Positions 17,531-30,960 of a stretch of 64,000 nucleotides of DNA are shown here, piece by piece (position 1 is the stretch's first letter; the number at the start of each line of letters is the position of its first letter). The stretch lies in contig OZ024750.1 in assembly GCA_964016885.1 (NCBI GenBank), positions 1,550,001-1,614,000 on the forward strand, given 5' to 3'. This DNA comes from Eledone cirrhosa. Taxonomy: Eukaryota. The position numbers and the translations under genes were made by a program. The notes under the pieces are model-generated. The model saw nothing but the letters and a program-made list of their open reading frames with translations, was not told the origin of the DNA and searched no databases.

Positions 17531-20500
17531 CAGAATTATCATAAATATTCTGGTGTCTTTCAGATGAAGAGGATGTGTTCATTGTATATATGAACAAAAT
17601 AAAACATCTACTGTATAAGTCATATAGGAGGTGAGGCTGAAGTTTGTGATGAATATTGATTTTACTTTCATCCAATCTCATCAATTACGTACAAAATCTT
17701 TAGGTAGCTTTCAGATTGGCATTATTTATCTAAAAAGCAATATATGTCTTCTTTTAAGTAGCTCATATAGGATGAATAAATAATTCATTGTTTTAAAAAT
17801 ACATCCATTGAATGCGCCGTTTAACAAGTTGTTAGATACAAAACTAGGTTTATTTTCATGGTAGAAATATTTCATGTTCCCTCTTTCATATATATGACAA
17901 ACTCTGTTGAAAACGTTTGCGCCCTTTTGCTGGGAAAAATATTCATGTACTTGCTGGGGTTCAATTGCTAATCCCCTTCGAAATAGGCCCCTTCTGCGTC
18001 TATACCCAGCGATATTTCCACCTTTCGATGCACACCTGTAATGAGTCTTGAATAATCGCTCTGTGACAGATACTGAAACATCCAGAGATCTCACCAAACC
18101 CCATCATGAATCTAGAGTACCTACTCTGCACATGCTTGACTCATTAACGTCTTTAATTCTCAAGGACAAAATATAGTCGGATACATTTTCGACAGATCTT
18201 GTGGCTAGCTGCAGTTGGCAACATTTATAATATTCTGTTTTTCATGGTAGAATGTATTAAAACAATAAAACCTTTCTTAATTATTACGCGTCTAATTAAC
18301 CCATAGTGCTGAGCACAAATCCTGCATTAGATTTTCAGAACGTATCGCAATATCACACCAATATATTGTGCTGGTAAGTAATTCCATATCCTCGTGAGAC
18401 ATTTTAACATCGAAAATAGCATCAAAATCATCAATAAATAGTTCGGAAAGAAGCAGTTAAGAACCCTACAAAGGATTAAATGTAGCAAATCTTTCTATTG
18501 TAATTTCCAATGCTTACTATGCGTTACAAAATAATCAGGTACCATATGGACCAGTCAATTACCTTTTGGTTCCCTAAGTAACATTGTTGCTCCCTCTTAA
18601 GCCTGGTACCTTATAATACAGGTTAGTAACTTTAGATTCATAAATCTATCTCAAAATATTTAAGAACACAATTATGATTTTAGAGGATGAAACATAAACC
18701 ACAATTTGTTATCCCTTTGTCATATATAACAAAATAAGCCTAACTCTCTTTGTAGCATTATGGAATATATAATCAAATACATCAACAAGAGAAGATACAT
18801 TTAACAAATTAAGGTTTACAATTTCTATTGAAACCATTTGTCAAATCAATTCTAACGAAGTGTGAAACTGATAGTTTAGACTGTCATGTAATTCAAATAT
18901 ATTTCAATTTACAGAATTGTACTTATATTGTGTTCTTCAATTTTAATTTATTTCAGTTAGTATTCTAAGGATCATATTTACTATACGTTATCTGAGAAAG
19001 TTTTAAAAGGTTCAGAAAGTACATAGAAGGATTCTACTTTTCTTAGCTTATACGTTAGAGTTAACAATTATGCATAACATTTATCGAAATCAGTAACGTA
19101 GATGTCATTAATATAGTTTGACTATTACTATTCTCACATACCTATAATAAACTTGATATTCTACTCTTAAACAAAATACATTATATATATTATGATCTAT
19201 TTAATTGTCTGTATTAAAGCACTGGAATAAAACAACTACTGTTTATGTTAATATCCAGCGGAGGAAGAAAAGGGACTCTAATTGAAATATTCTTTCATAT
19301 TCCCACTCAAATGATTCATAATTTTTATTGCAGTTTATTGAAACGAATATTGATGGAAAGAAAAAAAAAATGATTTTCGTATTATTTTATATGGTACGAT
19401 AAAAACAAGATGTAAGTAATTATTGCATGTCTGTAATGATATAAAGATAAACATTATATATAATTTTTGAAGAAAATATCTAATAAAACGCCATACTTAC
19501 AACGTTAAACACAATCATTTATAACTAAAATTTGAATGGAATGATAATAGAAAATTAGGTTATTTACCTGACTGCTTACAATGACGATATTCTGCTTCGA
19601 TTATAACACCAAAGAAAAAAATATAATGAAAGTAAACCCATTTGTGTGAAAATGACAGAATCAATTGAACATTGAAGAAAATGCCAGTCAGTATTTAGAA
19701 ATGGAATTCTATGTTTCTAAGATCAAATCTCATTGAGGTCAACTTTTGACTTACTTTCTTCTGGAATCAATACATTTGATACGTGTCAAATACTAGGATC
19801 AATATAATTGACAGATTTCCCCTTCACCTCACATTTCTGGCCTTTGCTTATGCATAAATAATTTCTGTCAGATATTAATATTAATTGAAATCTTAATGTC
19901 GGATAGCTTTTCTGCCCAATTCAATGAAGTCTTGGTTGTTATATTTTCCAGAAACATGTGGTTTGTTTTGTACATAATGCTTCTTGAGTGACAACATGCT
20001 TATATTTCCAAATGTTCAATGGATTTTCTCTGGGGAAAGTAATCATGTCAGTGACAAAAGCTAGAGACTAGCTTGGGGATACTATAAAATATATAATATA
20101 AACCAATAATGTTATGAATGATACACTTGTACGAACTTAAGGAGGTGCAAAATAAATGATATGCATATGGCACAGATATAGCTAGATAGTTGAAATGTTC
20201 GACTTACACTCGGTTAATCTAAATTTCGATTAACAAGCAACTGTTGGTGTTAATATAATTGACTAAAACCCGTGATTATGGTACATAAGGAAAGCAACAG
20301 TCAAACGACGGAAACCAGTGAAATGGTAAATAAACATGATGTTATGAATACCCGTTACCACGTTCTGTTGATTCTACCACTACGCCGCCACGTATTATAT
20401 TCAAATTTACAACATTCACGATGTAATTCGAAGCAACTAAATATATTCAAGACGTATTTTCAGTAGATAAATATTGATTTCCAACATTTGGCATGAAGTT

Positions 20501-22908
20501 ATGTATTTCTAGATGATTGCTATATTCGACTGAATCGACTTTAGTAGATGACTTACATCCTGCAGAGTTGACATTCTTATTCGTCTTCCTCAATATTTTA
20601 AACTAAGATCAAACTATTAATAATGATAACGTTTTCACAAGGCTACACATTACTGAAAGATGAGCGTATTCGTTTAACTATATTATATTAACGACTCTAA
20701 TAATAATAATAAGAATATTAAGAAATAATCTAAATAACTAAGGTACAGCACTGACTTAGTGGCTGACATAAATAGATTATGACATGTAAGAAATGTGTCC
20801 ATCAGCCAATTGGTAAACTGGAATTATAGATAATCGCCTCTGTCAAGACATTGACTGGCTATCTATAAGTATATGCTTAGGCACGTTCCAGGAATACTAC
20901 GATTTATAAATGTCAAAGCATTCGTACAAATCATCCACTAATCTTGAATATTTTTATGCCTCTTCTCTTCCTCCAAGGTGTACCAAATATGCTGTGTTAC
21001 AAGAACGGAAAATCTCAAAGTATCTCATAAATTATAAATAATAGAAAGTATATCTAAAATCGGTATATCGATTTCATTGGCCTCAGTATTTCACTGGTGT
21101 ATATTTTCTCGAAAGTACCAAGAATAGTGAACAGTATTGTCAAACCCGATTAGGATGGATTGTAAAATGTAAAGAATCGTTTTTATAAATGAATATTTTT
21201 GGAAATAATGCCTTACATTTCATCACATGGCTTTACGTTCTGAGCTCAAACTTGGGAGGGCTTTACTTTCCATTCCATTCCAGTCATCTACTAGAAGCGA
21301 TCAGTGTTGCATTAAATTCATCCAAAAAGAAAACTTTCCTCACACCAATACTTTATACAGGAGTTCATGTTTCAATAGAATGTTGTATTGGTTTTGATAA
21401 GATATTGTGACTAGAAATTCTGATAAATCTGAAGGTATTTTATTGCCGTATATTTGACATGGGATATTAGGATTTTGGTAGGTGACATTACAAAAGAATA
21501 TATAGCCTTTCGCGTCGACATTTTCCTCGTGTTTCATTTGGCTATCAGAATTCAACATTCAGAACTATATATAATTTATAATATTTCTACTTATTTCCAT
21601 AACAATCTCATCTACTTGGTTTTAATATATTGATATCTCTAAATCATAATATCTATAACATTTGCTGTAATTCCACTTCTTAAAGTTTCATAAAATATAT
21701 ACGTATATAATTTAATTTTTATTTCTTTAATTTTTCCTTCTTTAAAAATTACTTATCTCTTATAAATAATTTTTTTTTTAAATAAAAAAAAATGTTCTCA
21801 AATTTTTCAATATTTTTTCAACACTTTTTCAATATTTTTTCATTACTTTATCAATATTTTTTCAATATTTTTTCAATAGATTTATAACCACTAACTGATT
21901 CTGGCTAAATGCATCTTTCAACATCTATACTTATTTTGACTAAATAGTCTCACACTAACGAATAAAGAAATTAAACCGGAGTTTTTTCCGTATCTTCCCA
22001 TTTTAAATCATATAAATATAAATATTCTTCTTAACTCAGTTAATTTAATTTAATTTAACTTAATATTTATTTACATTAAATACAAAACAAATATCCCTCA
22101 TAACTCATTAGAATAATTATCTATAACATGATATACCCATCTATTTATTTATTTATTTATTTATGTATTTATTTATTTATCTACTTATAACAAGAAAAAT
22201 ATTATATTATAAGCAAATTTTAAACAACTAATAATCGTGAATGCACGTACTATTAAGATATATACTTAGACTATATTTCTCTCAAATTAACGTTATATGA
22301 GATTTTATTCATCTTCTCTTTTTTTCTTTCTTCTCTCTCTCTCGCACTATTTTATCCTTCTCCTCTTATCTCTTCTCTCTCTCTCCATAGTCGTTTAAAT
22401 AAACGGTTGTTTTTCAATTATTTACATATTCATTTGCATATTCACCCATAAGTTTGAAAAATCCCTAATATATTTCCACTATCCAGAGAATATCCAACCG
22501 ATAAGGTATGATTTTCATGGGCATGTCTCTATTTATAAAACAAACTTTGTATTTTATCCGAGGAAAGCGTACCAATGTGTCTTGGTACCCTTGAAATATA
22601 TATAATAAAATAAATATGGTTTTATAAATATAGTTTCCATTTATTTAATATCATTGTATATATTCCCTGTGATATATATATATATACATTATTCCCTGTG
22701 ATTGTTCCATATGATTATTTTATATATATATATATATATGTCAATCTATTTCTAGTTGATATGAAATGCTCGGATCTATTCATTGGAATCTTTGAGCTTA
22801 TTCTACAGTGGATATGGCGCATGTCTCTCAGACATGACAACCTTTAATATAATTTTGGATATATATATATATACATTCATTTATTATGGTTATTGGTGAC
22901 GACATAAC

Positions 22909-23040
22909 AAAACAGTGGCAATCAGGAGCGATAATCTCTATTCTCAGAAATGGAGACAAGGGAGACAAGATTGCTCTAAATACTGAGGAATCCACTATTT
23001 GAGCCCCTCTGGTTGTCTATGTTAAGTGCCAGGCAAAGAT
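22909..23040 (+). mobile_element. Decayed LINE reverse-transcriptase fragment
   Basis: KQWQSGAIISILRNGDK..DCSKY*GIHYLSPSG matches the LINE RT N-terminal motif WxxxxIxPIxKKGDxxxCxNYRGISLL. Confidence 0.7.
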
Positions 23041-23743
23041 ATGTGTCAAATATTCTTTATTAAATTTCGAAAGGAGACTGCAATCCTTGCTAATTTAGAG
23101 ATCAAGAATGGCGCCAAACCGATTGGAATGAAGATGCATGAGTTAGTATAGGTGCATGGATACAAGAGAAGTAGACAGCCATTTTAGCTGTTAAACGTTT
23201 TTGTTCGATATTATAAATGGAAAATTCAATGTAGAAAAGTAAACCCAGACTTAACTGCTGCTATTTAATACATTATTCGTCTCCATAAATAACATAGATG
23301 GAAGTCTGTAGATGAAGTTGTATTGATTACTGAATCGGGTTTGCTCTCACGCACCACACAACGCACTCTATTATGTGCCATCTCTATATCAGTACCTTCA
23401 AGTGGAAATTATTGGGCGTATAACTTATTATGAAAATTGTCGACGGTAAATTTTTAGGGAGATCTTTAGTATAGACGAGTAGCTCTATATCTTGCCACTA
23501 TTAGTTACCTTTCCAAATCAATTTTGTTTCGGCCGCACACATACCTAGTAGTATTTATTGTCTCAGGAAAGGATACATTTTTGAATTGAAACGTAAAACC
23601 ACAGGGAACAAACAAATAAATATAATATAAAAAAATAAATAAATAATAAATATAGATAGATATATAGAATCTCGAATAAGATTAGAAAGAAATCAGGACA
23701 ATGAAAGTAAACATGCATGATTTTTAGTGGCATTACCTTACCA

Positions 23744-23867
23744 CCCTTTATGGTCTGAATTCAAATCCCGCCGAGGTTAACTTTGCCTTTCATCCTTACG
23801 GGGTCGATAAAATAAAGTACCAGTAATGCACTGGGGTAATGCCTTGTGCCAAAAATAGAAACAATTA
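23744..23867 (+). mobile_element. 5'-truncated tRNA-derived SINE
   Basis: TCAAATCCCGCCGAGGTTAACTTTGCCTTTCATCCTTACGGGGTCGATAAAATAAAGTACCAG core plus tail. Confidence 0.88.
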
Positions 23868-23904
23868 CTTTTGGAAAGCCCCTATCGTGTCCTTAAGAAA
23901 TGTT

Positions 23905-24030
23905 TTAATACCTAATATATATATAATATTTAATACCTAATATATATATATAATATTTAATACCTAATATATATAGTATTTAATACCTAATATATATAAT
24001 ATTTAATACCTAATATATATAATATTTAAT
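23905..24030. repeat. AT-rich ~21-25 bp tandem repeat
   Basis: TTAATACCTAATATATATAATAT unit, about 5 copies. Confidence 0.85.
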
Positions 24031-24554
24031 ATATCTTTTATTACAATTCTGGCAACGAAAAAGCAATATTACACTTTTGACATAATATAATATCAATTCT
24101 GTCAAGTTGTCGAGTGGATATTACTCTAATCTATGTTATTCATCTACGGGAGACGAAAGACGAAATTCCTTCCAAAATAAACACGAACATGAATAATTAC
24201 TAACAAATGTATTGCTTTCAATATCTAATAATGATTTACTCCGTAGAGACAAAGCCTTCAGTTTGTGTAGGGAGTGAAGGGTCAATTAGATCAAATTTAA
24301 TCTTATATTTATCGGTCATATGAAGAATAGCAAATAAAAGCAAAGTTACCACCAACGGGATATAAACTCAGTTCGTAAAGGGACATAACTAAATATCACA
24401 AGGCAATCTGTCAGTCACTCTATCGATGTTGTCATCAGTTTGAAACTAGTAATAATTCTTTCTATCCCCTGGCACGATATTAACTATTTTAGCGTAGTAT
24501 AACCACTTCAATCAATTCAGATCATCACCGATTTAGTAATATCAAAAACGGGTG

Positions 24555-24633
<79 letters not shown>

Positions 24634-24766
24634 AAACGTATGTTTAGTAATCGGCGAGCGAAGTTAGAAAAGTGAAATAAAAATAGAAGGCTTCGCTGCC
24701 TAATAATGGGGCGTACAAACCCAGTGAACGGAAACAGATAATGTCATCTTTTCCCGTTCAGTGGGG

Positions 24767-24835
<69 letters not shown>

Positions 24836-25122
24836 CTCGCTGAACTCACCGGCCAAAACCGTTTGGCGCCGCGGTCGAGATTTTACTAATCCATCAATAT
24901 ATGGATGTGTGTGTGTATAAGAATATATATAGAAGAAAGAATAGTGGAAAAGATACTCAATACCAGCAGGTAGAAGACTTTTATTTAGTATTTAGTATTA
25001 GGTAAGGATACATTACAATATTGATAACCTCGATGCCCTGTATAAAGAAAAAGACTGTCAGTATTTGACAGTCAGCTTAATGTCTGATAGTCAACCACGG
25101 AAACGTAGTCTCACCAATCAAT

Positions 25123-25208
<86 letters not shown>

Positions 25209-25212
25209 CATT

Positions 25213-25400
25213 GTGGATTGGTAGTATCAGTAGAGGGTCGGACGCCATACTTTGACACATAGAGTTACGGCCCTTGCCATTCTGAGTTCAAATCCCGCCG
25301 TGGTTAACTTTGCCTTTCATCCTTACGGGGTCGATAAAATAAAGTACCAGTAATACACTGGTGTATTTGCTGGCCTTGTGCCAAAAGTAGAAACAATTAT
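25213..25400 (+). mobile_element. Near full-length tRNA-derived SINE
   Basis: Head GTGGATTGGTAGTATCAGTAGAGGGTCGGACGCC, B box, core and tail. Confidence 0.9.
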
Positions 25401-25723
25401 TTCCTCATTGCATAGAGTAGGCTAGTCGTGACAGACAGGGCAATGTATCTAATGTCACTTATAATTAAGAAACAGAAGAGAGACAAGAAGATGACGGTGC
25501 CTTTATATGTTTAGTTTAATGGTCTATGGCCTATGTAAAGCCCGCATAGTCTTTGTTTATTGCCCTTATTCAATGTCTGACACAATTTAAACATTGACAG
25601 ATCTGGTCGAGATAATGGAGGAGTGAAATATAATAGCTTATCTCTAAATTCCTTACAAAATATCATCCATCCTTGTCTAAATATGTCTTTACTATGCGCG
25701 TGTATACACACATACACACACAC

Positions 25724-26131
<408 letters not shown>

Positions 26132-26966
26132 TAATCCAACAAAACGAATCATTTTATAATTGTTACATTACATTGATTCAGGGTTTGTCAAATATTACCG
26201 GTTTCGGTTGGTATCTCAATCCTATAAAATATTTTTTTAAGTTTGTTTTCATATTCTGTGGGTTGGTGAAGGTGGGGTTGTCAGGATTAAATTGCTTCAC
26301 TAGAAAATACTTTTTTTTAAAAATGGAAATTTCCTTTTGTATTCAGAATGAAGATCCAGATGGCATTTTGTTGTACTGCAGTGTGTATTTGTGTATGTGT
26401 GAGCGGGGAGGGTTGTGATTTAGGTGGGTTAGGTGGGGTTCCATTGTGTCAAGATTTCGAGTTGTTTTCACGGTTTGTAAAAATAGCTAGAAATCGCTAA
26501 AAGTGGTCCTAAAGATGATAGAAATGTCTGTTGGAAATACAAATAAAAGGAGAAATGTTTTTCAATCATGAAGAATTGATTTTGACGTTGTGATATTTTA
26601 GGAATGTTGTGAGTTTTTATTTTTGTTGTGATCTGGAAGGTATGTGTGTATTGGAAGGGGGGGGGGGTTCCATTGTGACAAGAGAGAGACTTGACTGCTA
26701 TTTCCACCAGGTCGAGGGAAAGTGCTGAGGCGACCTCGTTAGGTCGACTTAAAGCATGTTTCTGTGTAGAGAACTTAATGCCTTCCACCCGAGAGTTAGA
26801 TATTATTTTACTGGTTGCAATCATTAGACTGTGGCCATGATGGAACTACGTATTGATGGGATTTCGTCGATGATATTAACCTCAGTTGTTCAAGTGTGAT
26901 ACTTATTTTATCGATCTCATTTTCATAGAAGATATATGCCAAGATGTCGATATATATATATATATT

Positions 26967-27090
26967 TCGAAACGGCTTGAGCTCTGCCGTCGGGGTCATA
27001 CTTTCTCCTATTACCCACTCTACTAGCCTAAGTATTGAGTACTCTGGTGTGTTATGATCCATCTGGTTCCTTACCACAACTCCTTCGTTA
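26967..27090 (+). mobile_element. Penelope-like fragment carrying the 3' half of a hammerhead
   Basis: GAAA-CGGC-ttgagctct-GCCG-TC-GGGG at 26969-26995, followed by the shared family sequence; flanked by (TA)n. Confidence 0.6.
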
Positions 27091-27557
27091 TATATATATA
27101 TATATATATATATGGGGGTGGGATACGTGTGTATGTATGTGTATTTGCGTGTTTGTGTATTATATATATATATAGGGTATCTCAAAAATATGCATTAAAA
27201 TAAATTCTGTTTTATATGCATTATTTAAATTATGTAAAGTACCAGTAATACACTGAAATAATTGCTGGCCTTGTGCCAAAAGTAGAAACAATTATTTAAA
27301 TTATGTAAATATTTGGATGTTTACATACAATTGAGATATGTCTGTAGATCATTTTATTTTTGGGAAAGGCTATGCATTCTAATATTACCTGTACAGGTAA
27401 TCAAAATGTGTATACATTTTTGGGGGGAACAATCTATCATTAGTAGTTTTTTAATCGCCCTCGAAAGTGCAGAGAGGTAGAACGAATACAGCATTCTATC
27501 AGACGTTGGAACGCCTCAGCCAATATATATACGTACACACACGTACACCCCCCCCCC

Positions 27558-27616
<59 letters not shown>

Positions 27617-27760
27617 ATATATATGTGTGTGATGTGTATTCTAGTGATGATTACTTTTGGAAAAGCAATGCTTAGAGAAACAATATAAATGGTGCTACTT
27701 TAGCTTACGATCTACCGCAGTTTCCCTTAGTCCAACATGTGTAATGACCTCGTTTGACAA

Positions 27761-27866
27761 CGGGGTTAAGTTTACGGTTATGTTTACGGTAAGTTTTAGC
27801 GTTAGGTTTGTGTTAGTTTTAGGGTTAGGTTTTTGGATAGGTTTAGGGTTAGATTTAGGGTTACGG
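27761..27866. repeat. Degenerate TTAGGG-like hexamer array
   Basis: GGGTTA/GGTTTA/CGGTTA/AGGGTT variants with 6-bp periodicity. Confidence 0.7.
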
Positions 27867-28243
27867 TGTTTTTTTCCCCCTTTTTTTGGTTGAGGTGTAA
27901 TGGTATGGATAGGCCGCACGCCAAAGTAGCAGCAATTTAATTACTGATTGTCAGGAAGCAAAGCGTGTTATACGCAATTGTACTTCCATGCATACTTATA
28001 CAAAAGCATTTAAGTTTGCAGTGTGTAAGTGAATGTATAAGCCTGCAATTTTGTGGATGCTAGATCACGAAGTTTATACAAAACATCAATGTATCATCAC
28101 AAAAGAATAAATGAAAAAGAAGAGAAATATTGAAAGTTTTGAAAAAATGGGGTAAATTCACATTTGACAAGACGACAACGACTAATTGTAGAATCAGGTC
28201 AACAAGGTGGAAATTGGGTGGAAATATATTACATCCGGTTTAC

Positions 28244-28440
28244 CTGTCTTCTTCCGCTTCTTCGTCGATCGCTTCCTGTTGTCGGGGTAGCAGTCGCCTT
28301 GGACTGCGTCGTCCATCGGCCGTGATGTTTGCAACGGGCCAAGCTAGGTACATAGAATCCCGGACGAAATCATTTAAACTTCCCACTTCATGACAGGATT
28401 GAGTTTTTGGAAGTTGTAATTTCTCTCGTAGTTTATCCAT
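28244..28440 (-). CDS. First coding exon of an unidentified protein-coding gene (exon 28244-28500)
   Basis: MDKLREKLQLPKTQSCHEVGSLNDFVRDSMYLAWPVANITADGRRSPRRLLPRQQEAIDEEAEED. GC-rich relative to the flanks, Kozak ACAATGG, in-frame upstream stop, acceptor TTTTACAG at 28501, phase-2 donor AG|GTAAAC at 28243. Confidence 0.75.
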
Positions 28441-28576
28441 TGTCCCCCTCTCTCTTTCTTTCTATATCACTCTCCCCTCGTCTCTTTCAAATGTAATCAA
28501 CTGTAAAACTTTACTCCGTCTAAATCGTTGGCTAAAGTATTTGGAATGTGGTATATTAAACAGAGCAAAAAATATA

Positions 28577-28653
<77 letters not shown>

Positions 28654-29267
28654 GAAGCTTTTCTTCTTCGTATGTATACTTTTTCTATAATTATTTTCGT
28701 CTAAATTCCAAATTATTGATATCTACATTAGAGTTTCCGATTATTATTCATATTAAAATGAGTTGTTTTAAAATATAGAAATATATTGGATGAATTAGTG
28801 CATTATTTGATTTTAAAGAGAAAAGTTTTAAATGTCACGAGTATTGTGTTCTTTATAAATATATACTTTTAAGATAAAAACACGTATTACAATACCATAT
28901 GAAGGGAATTTTTAATTGTTTTAGATGGTCAATATAAAGAGTTAAAAATTTATGTCATAATTAATCGTTAGAAATAATTAATGAGAAAACATTATTTAGA
29001 AATGAGAAGAAAAAAGACTCCAAAAATTCCGAATCTATACATATTCCTGTATGTATTTTATAGATCAATATTTATGTATTGTTAGCTTGTATTAATGAAA
29101 TAGTCGTTAACATCACAGGGTAGGCGTTTACATGTATAGGTCTTTTCTTGTGTCCGTCAGTCCACGTTTATGTGTGTGCGTATGGTATGTGCATATACAC
29201 ACATATATACACACATATATATATGTATATAAATATAAATATAAATATAAATATATATGTATTTATA

Positions 29268-29304
<37 letters not shown>

Positions 29305-29311
29305 GTATATG

Positions 29312-29426
<115 letters not shown>

Positions 29427-30567
29427 TTAGTGTATATGGAAAAGCAACAAGTAGTATGTGTGACTGAAAGTAGTGCTTCTTAGATCTGCCGACAAATATT
29501 TACATACGCCTAATAATACTTCCCGCATTTCTTCACTTTATTACAGACATTTCGAATTTTAAATCTACGATCAGGAAATTTAAAAATAAAATAAGAAAAT
29601 ATCACTAAGCCGATCATGAATGTTAAATAAATAGAAAAAGCAGGAGGTTGTACGCTATTTCTTCCGATTAGTGTCTAGAACTAGTTTGATTCATTGATTT
29701 AAGGAAACAACAAATCAGAGGAGATTACTAAGAGGCTAATAAACAAGAAAATTAGTTTAATTTCCTTCTTATATGTATGCGTGCGTGTGTTTACGCGTAG
29801 CTATGTATGTGTGTGTGTTGCTGTGTTTTGTACATATAAAACGTGTGAATGTGCGCATTTTCCCTGAAAATTTATAAAGGGAAATTCGTGAAATAAATCA
29901 ATTTTCACTTATTTTTTTACTGACGAAAAGAACGGGGGAAATTCTAGGGAATTAATTTTTACAAATTAATTCACTTAAATTTCTTATATTACTACTCCTG
30001 TCTTTTGAGGCTGTTAGCTTTAAAAGTTATATTTGCAAAAATAGAATTAATTGAATACGTATATATAAACACACACAGACATATAAATATATATAGTATA
30101 ATAATAATAAATTTGATATAATATAATATAATATTATATATATGTATATGCGTATATATGGTAAATTTAAGGTTGAAAATCAGAATAATAATTAGAAGAG
30201 AAAGAAAAAAAACTTTACGTTACATTTAGAGTGTGAATTAATGTTATTTCATCCGAAATATATATTAAAATAATAGCTGCTATGCATATCAACAGCTAGT
30301 TGTCATTGCAGTAAAAACTTTACATTATCCAGTGCACCTAATGAAATATAAAAATATTCTTTGTATGCAATGCGCGAGGTTTCATCACGCGAATAAATTA
30401 AAATTGATAGCTTCGTTTCTTAATTTCTTTTATTTCTTTTTGTAATTTTCTATCCAGGCAAAACGTTATTTAAAAGAATTCGTTTTTCTTTTCTTTTGTT
30501 TTATTTTATTTCCTTTGTTTTCCGATTGTATTATTGCTGTCGTTGATGTTCTTGTCCGTGGCTGTAC

Positions 30568-30814
30568 CTGATAGAAAATTCCTTTTACACTCCGCGCTTT
30601 TCACAATAAATTTTGTTTCGCTGTCGATAACGAATCCTTTAGACTGAACTATGTACAGTGTTTATTTGTATATATTTACATATATGGGCGTGTGTTTGTG
30701 TGTGCGTTTGTCGCTTTCTGTTGCACCGCTGCATAACTAATACACTGCCTAGTAGAGAAGCGTAGTCACACCACGACTTAGTGGAACTCACACGGCACGA
30801 GTTTAAAACAAACT
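30568..30814 (-). other. Putative 5' noncoding exon of the minus-strand gene
   Basis: Donor CAG|GTACAG at 30567; CpG-richer unique sequence beginning at an Inr-like motif. Confidence 0.4.
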
Positions 30815-30960
30815 GAATCATGGAAAGACAGAAAAACTGAAAGCATGAGAGAAGTTTAAGCTAAGCGAACTACACGCTGTTCGCTGAATTGTCATATAAC
30901 TACCACGTGTTGAGCAGAAACCGGTGTTCTATATCCAATCAGCATCGAGACGGGACTAAA
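30805..30960 (-). promoter_or_regulatory. Putative core promoter
   Basis: Inr-like TCAGTT on the minus strand at 30816-30811 and 30840-30835; E-box CACGTG at ~30904-30909; locally raised CpG. Confidence 0.4.

Noticed and set aside
17282-17684. Poly-His/Ser/Met/Asp proteins
   Set aside because: They are produced by a (CAT)n tract; at most the poly-Asp frame relates to a decayed ORF.
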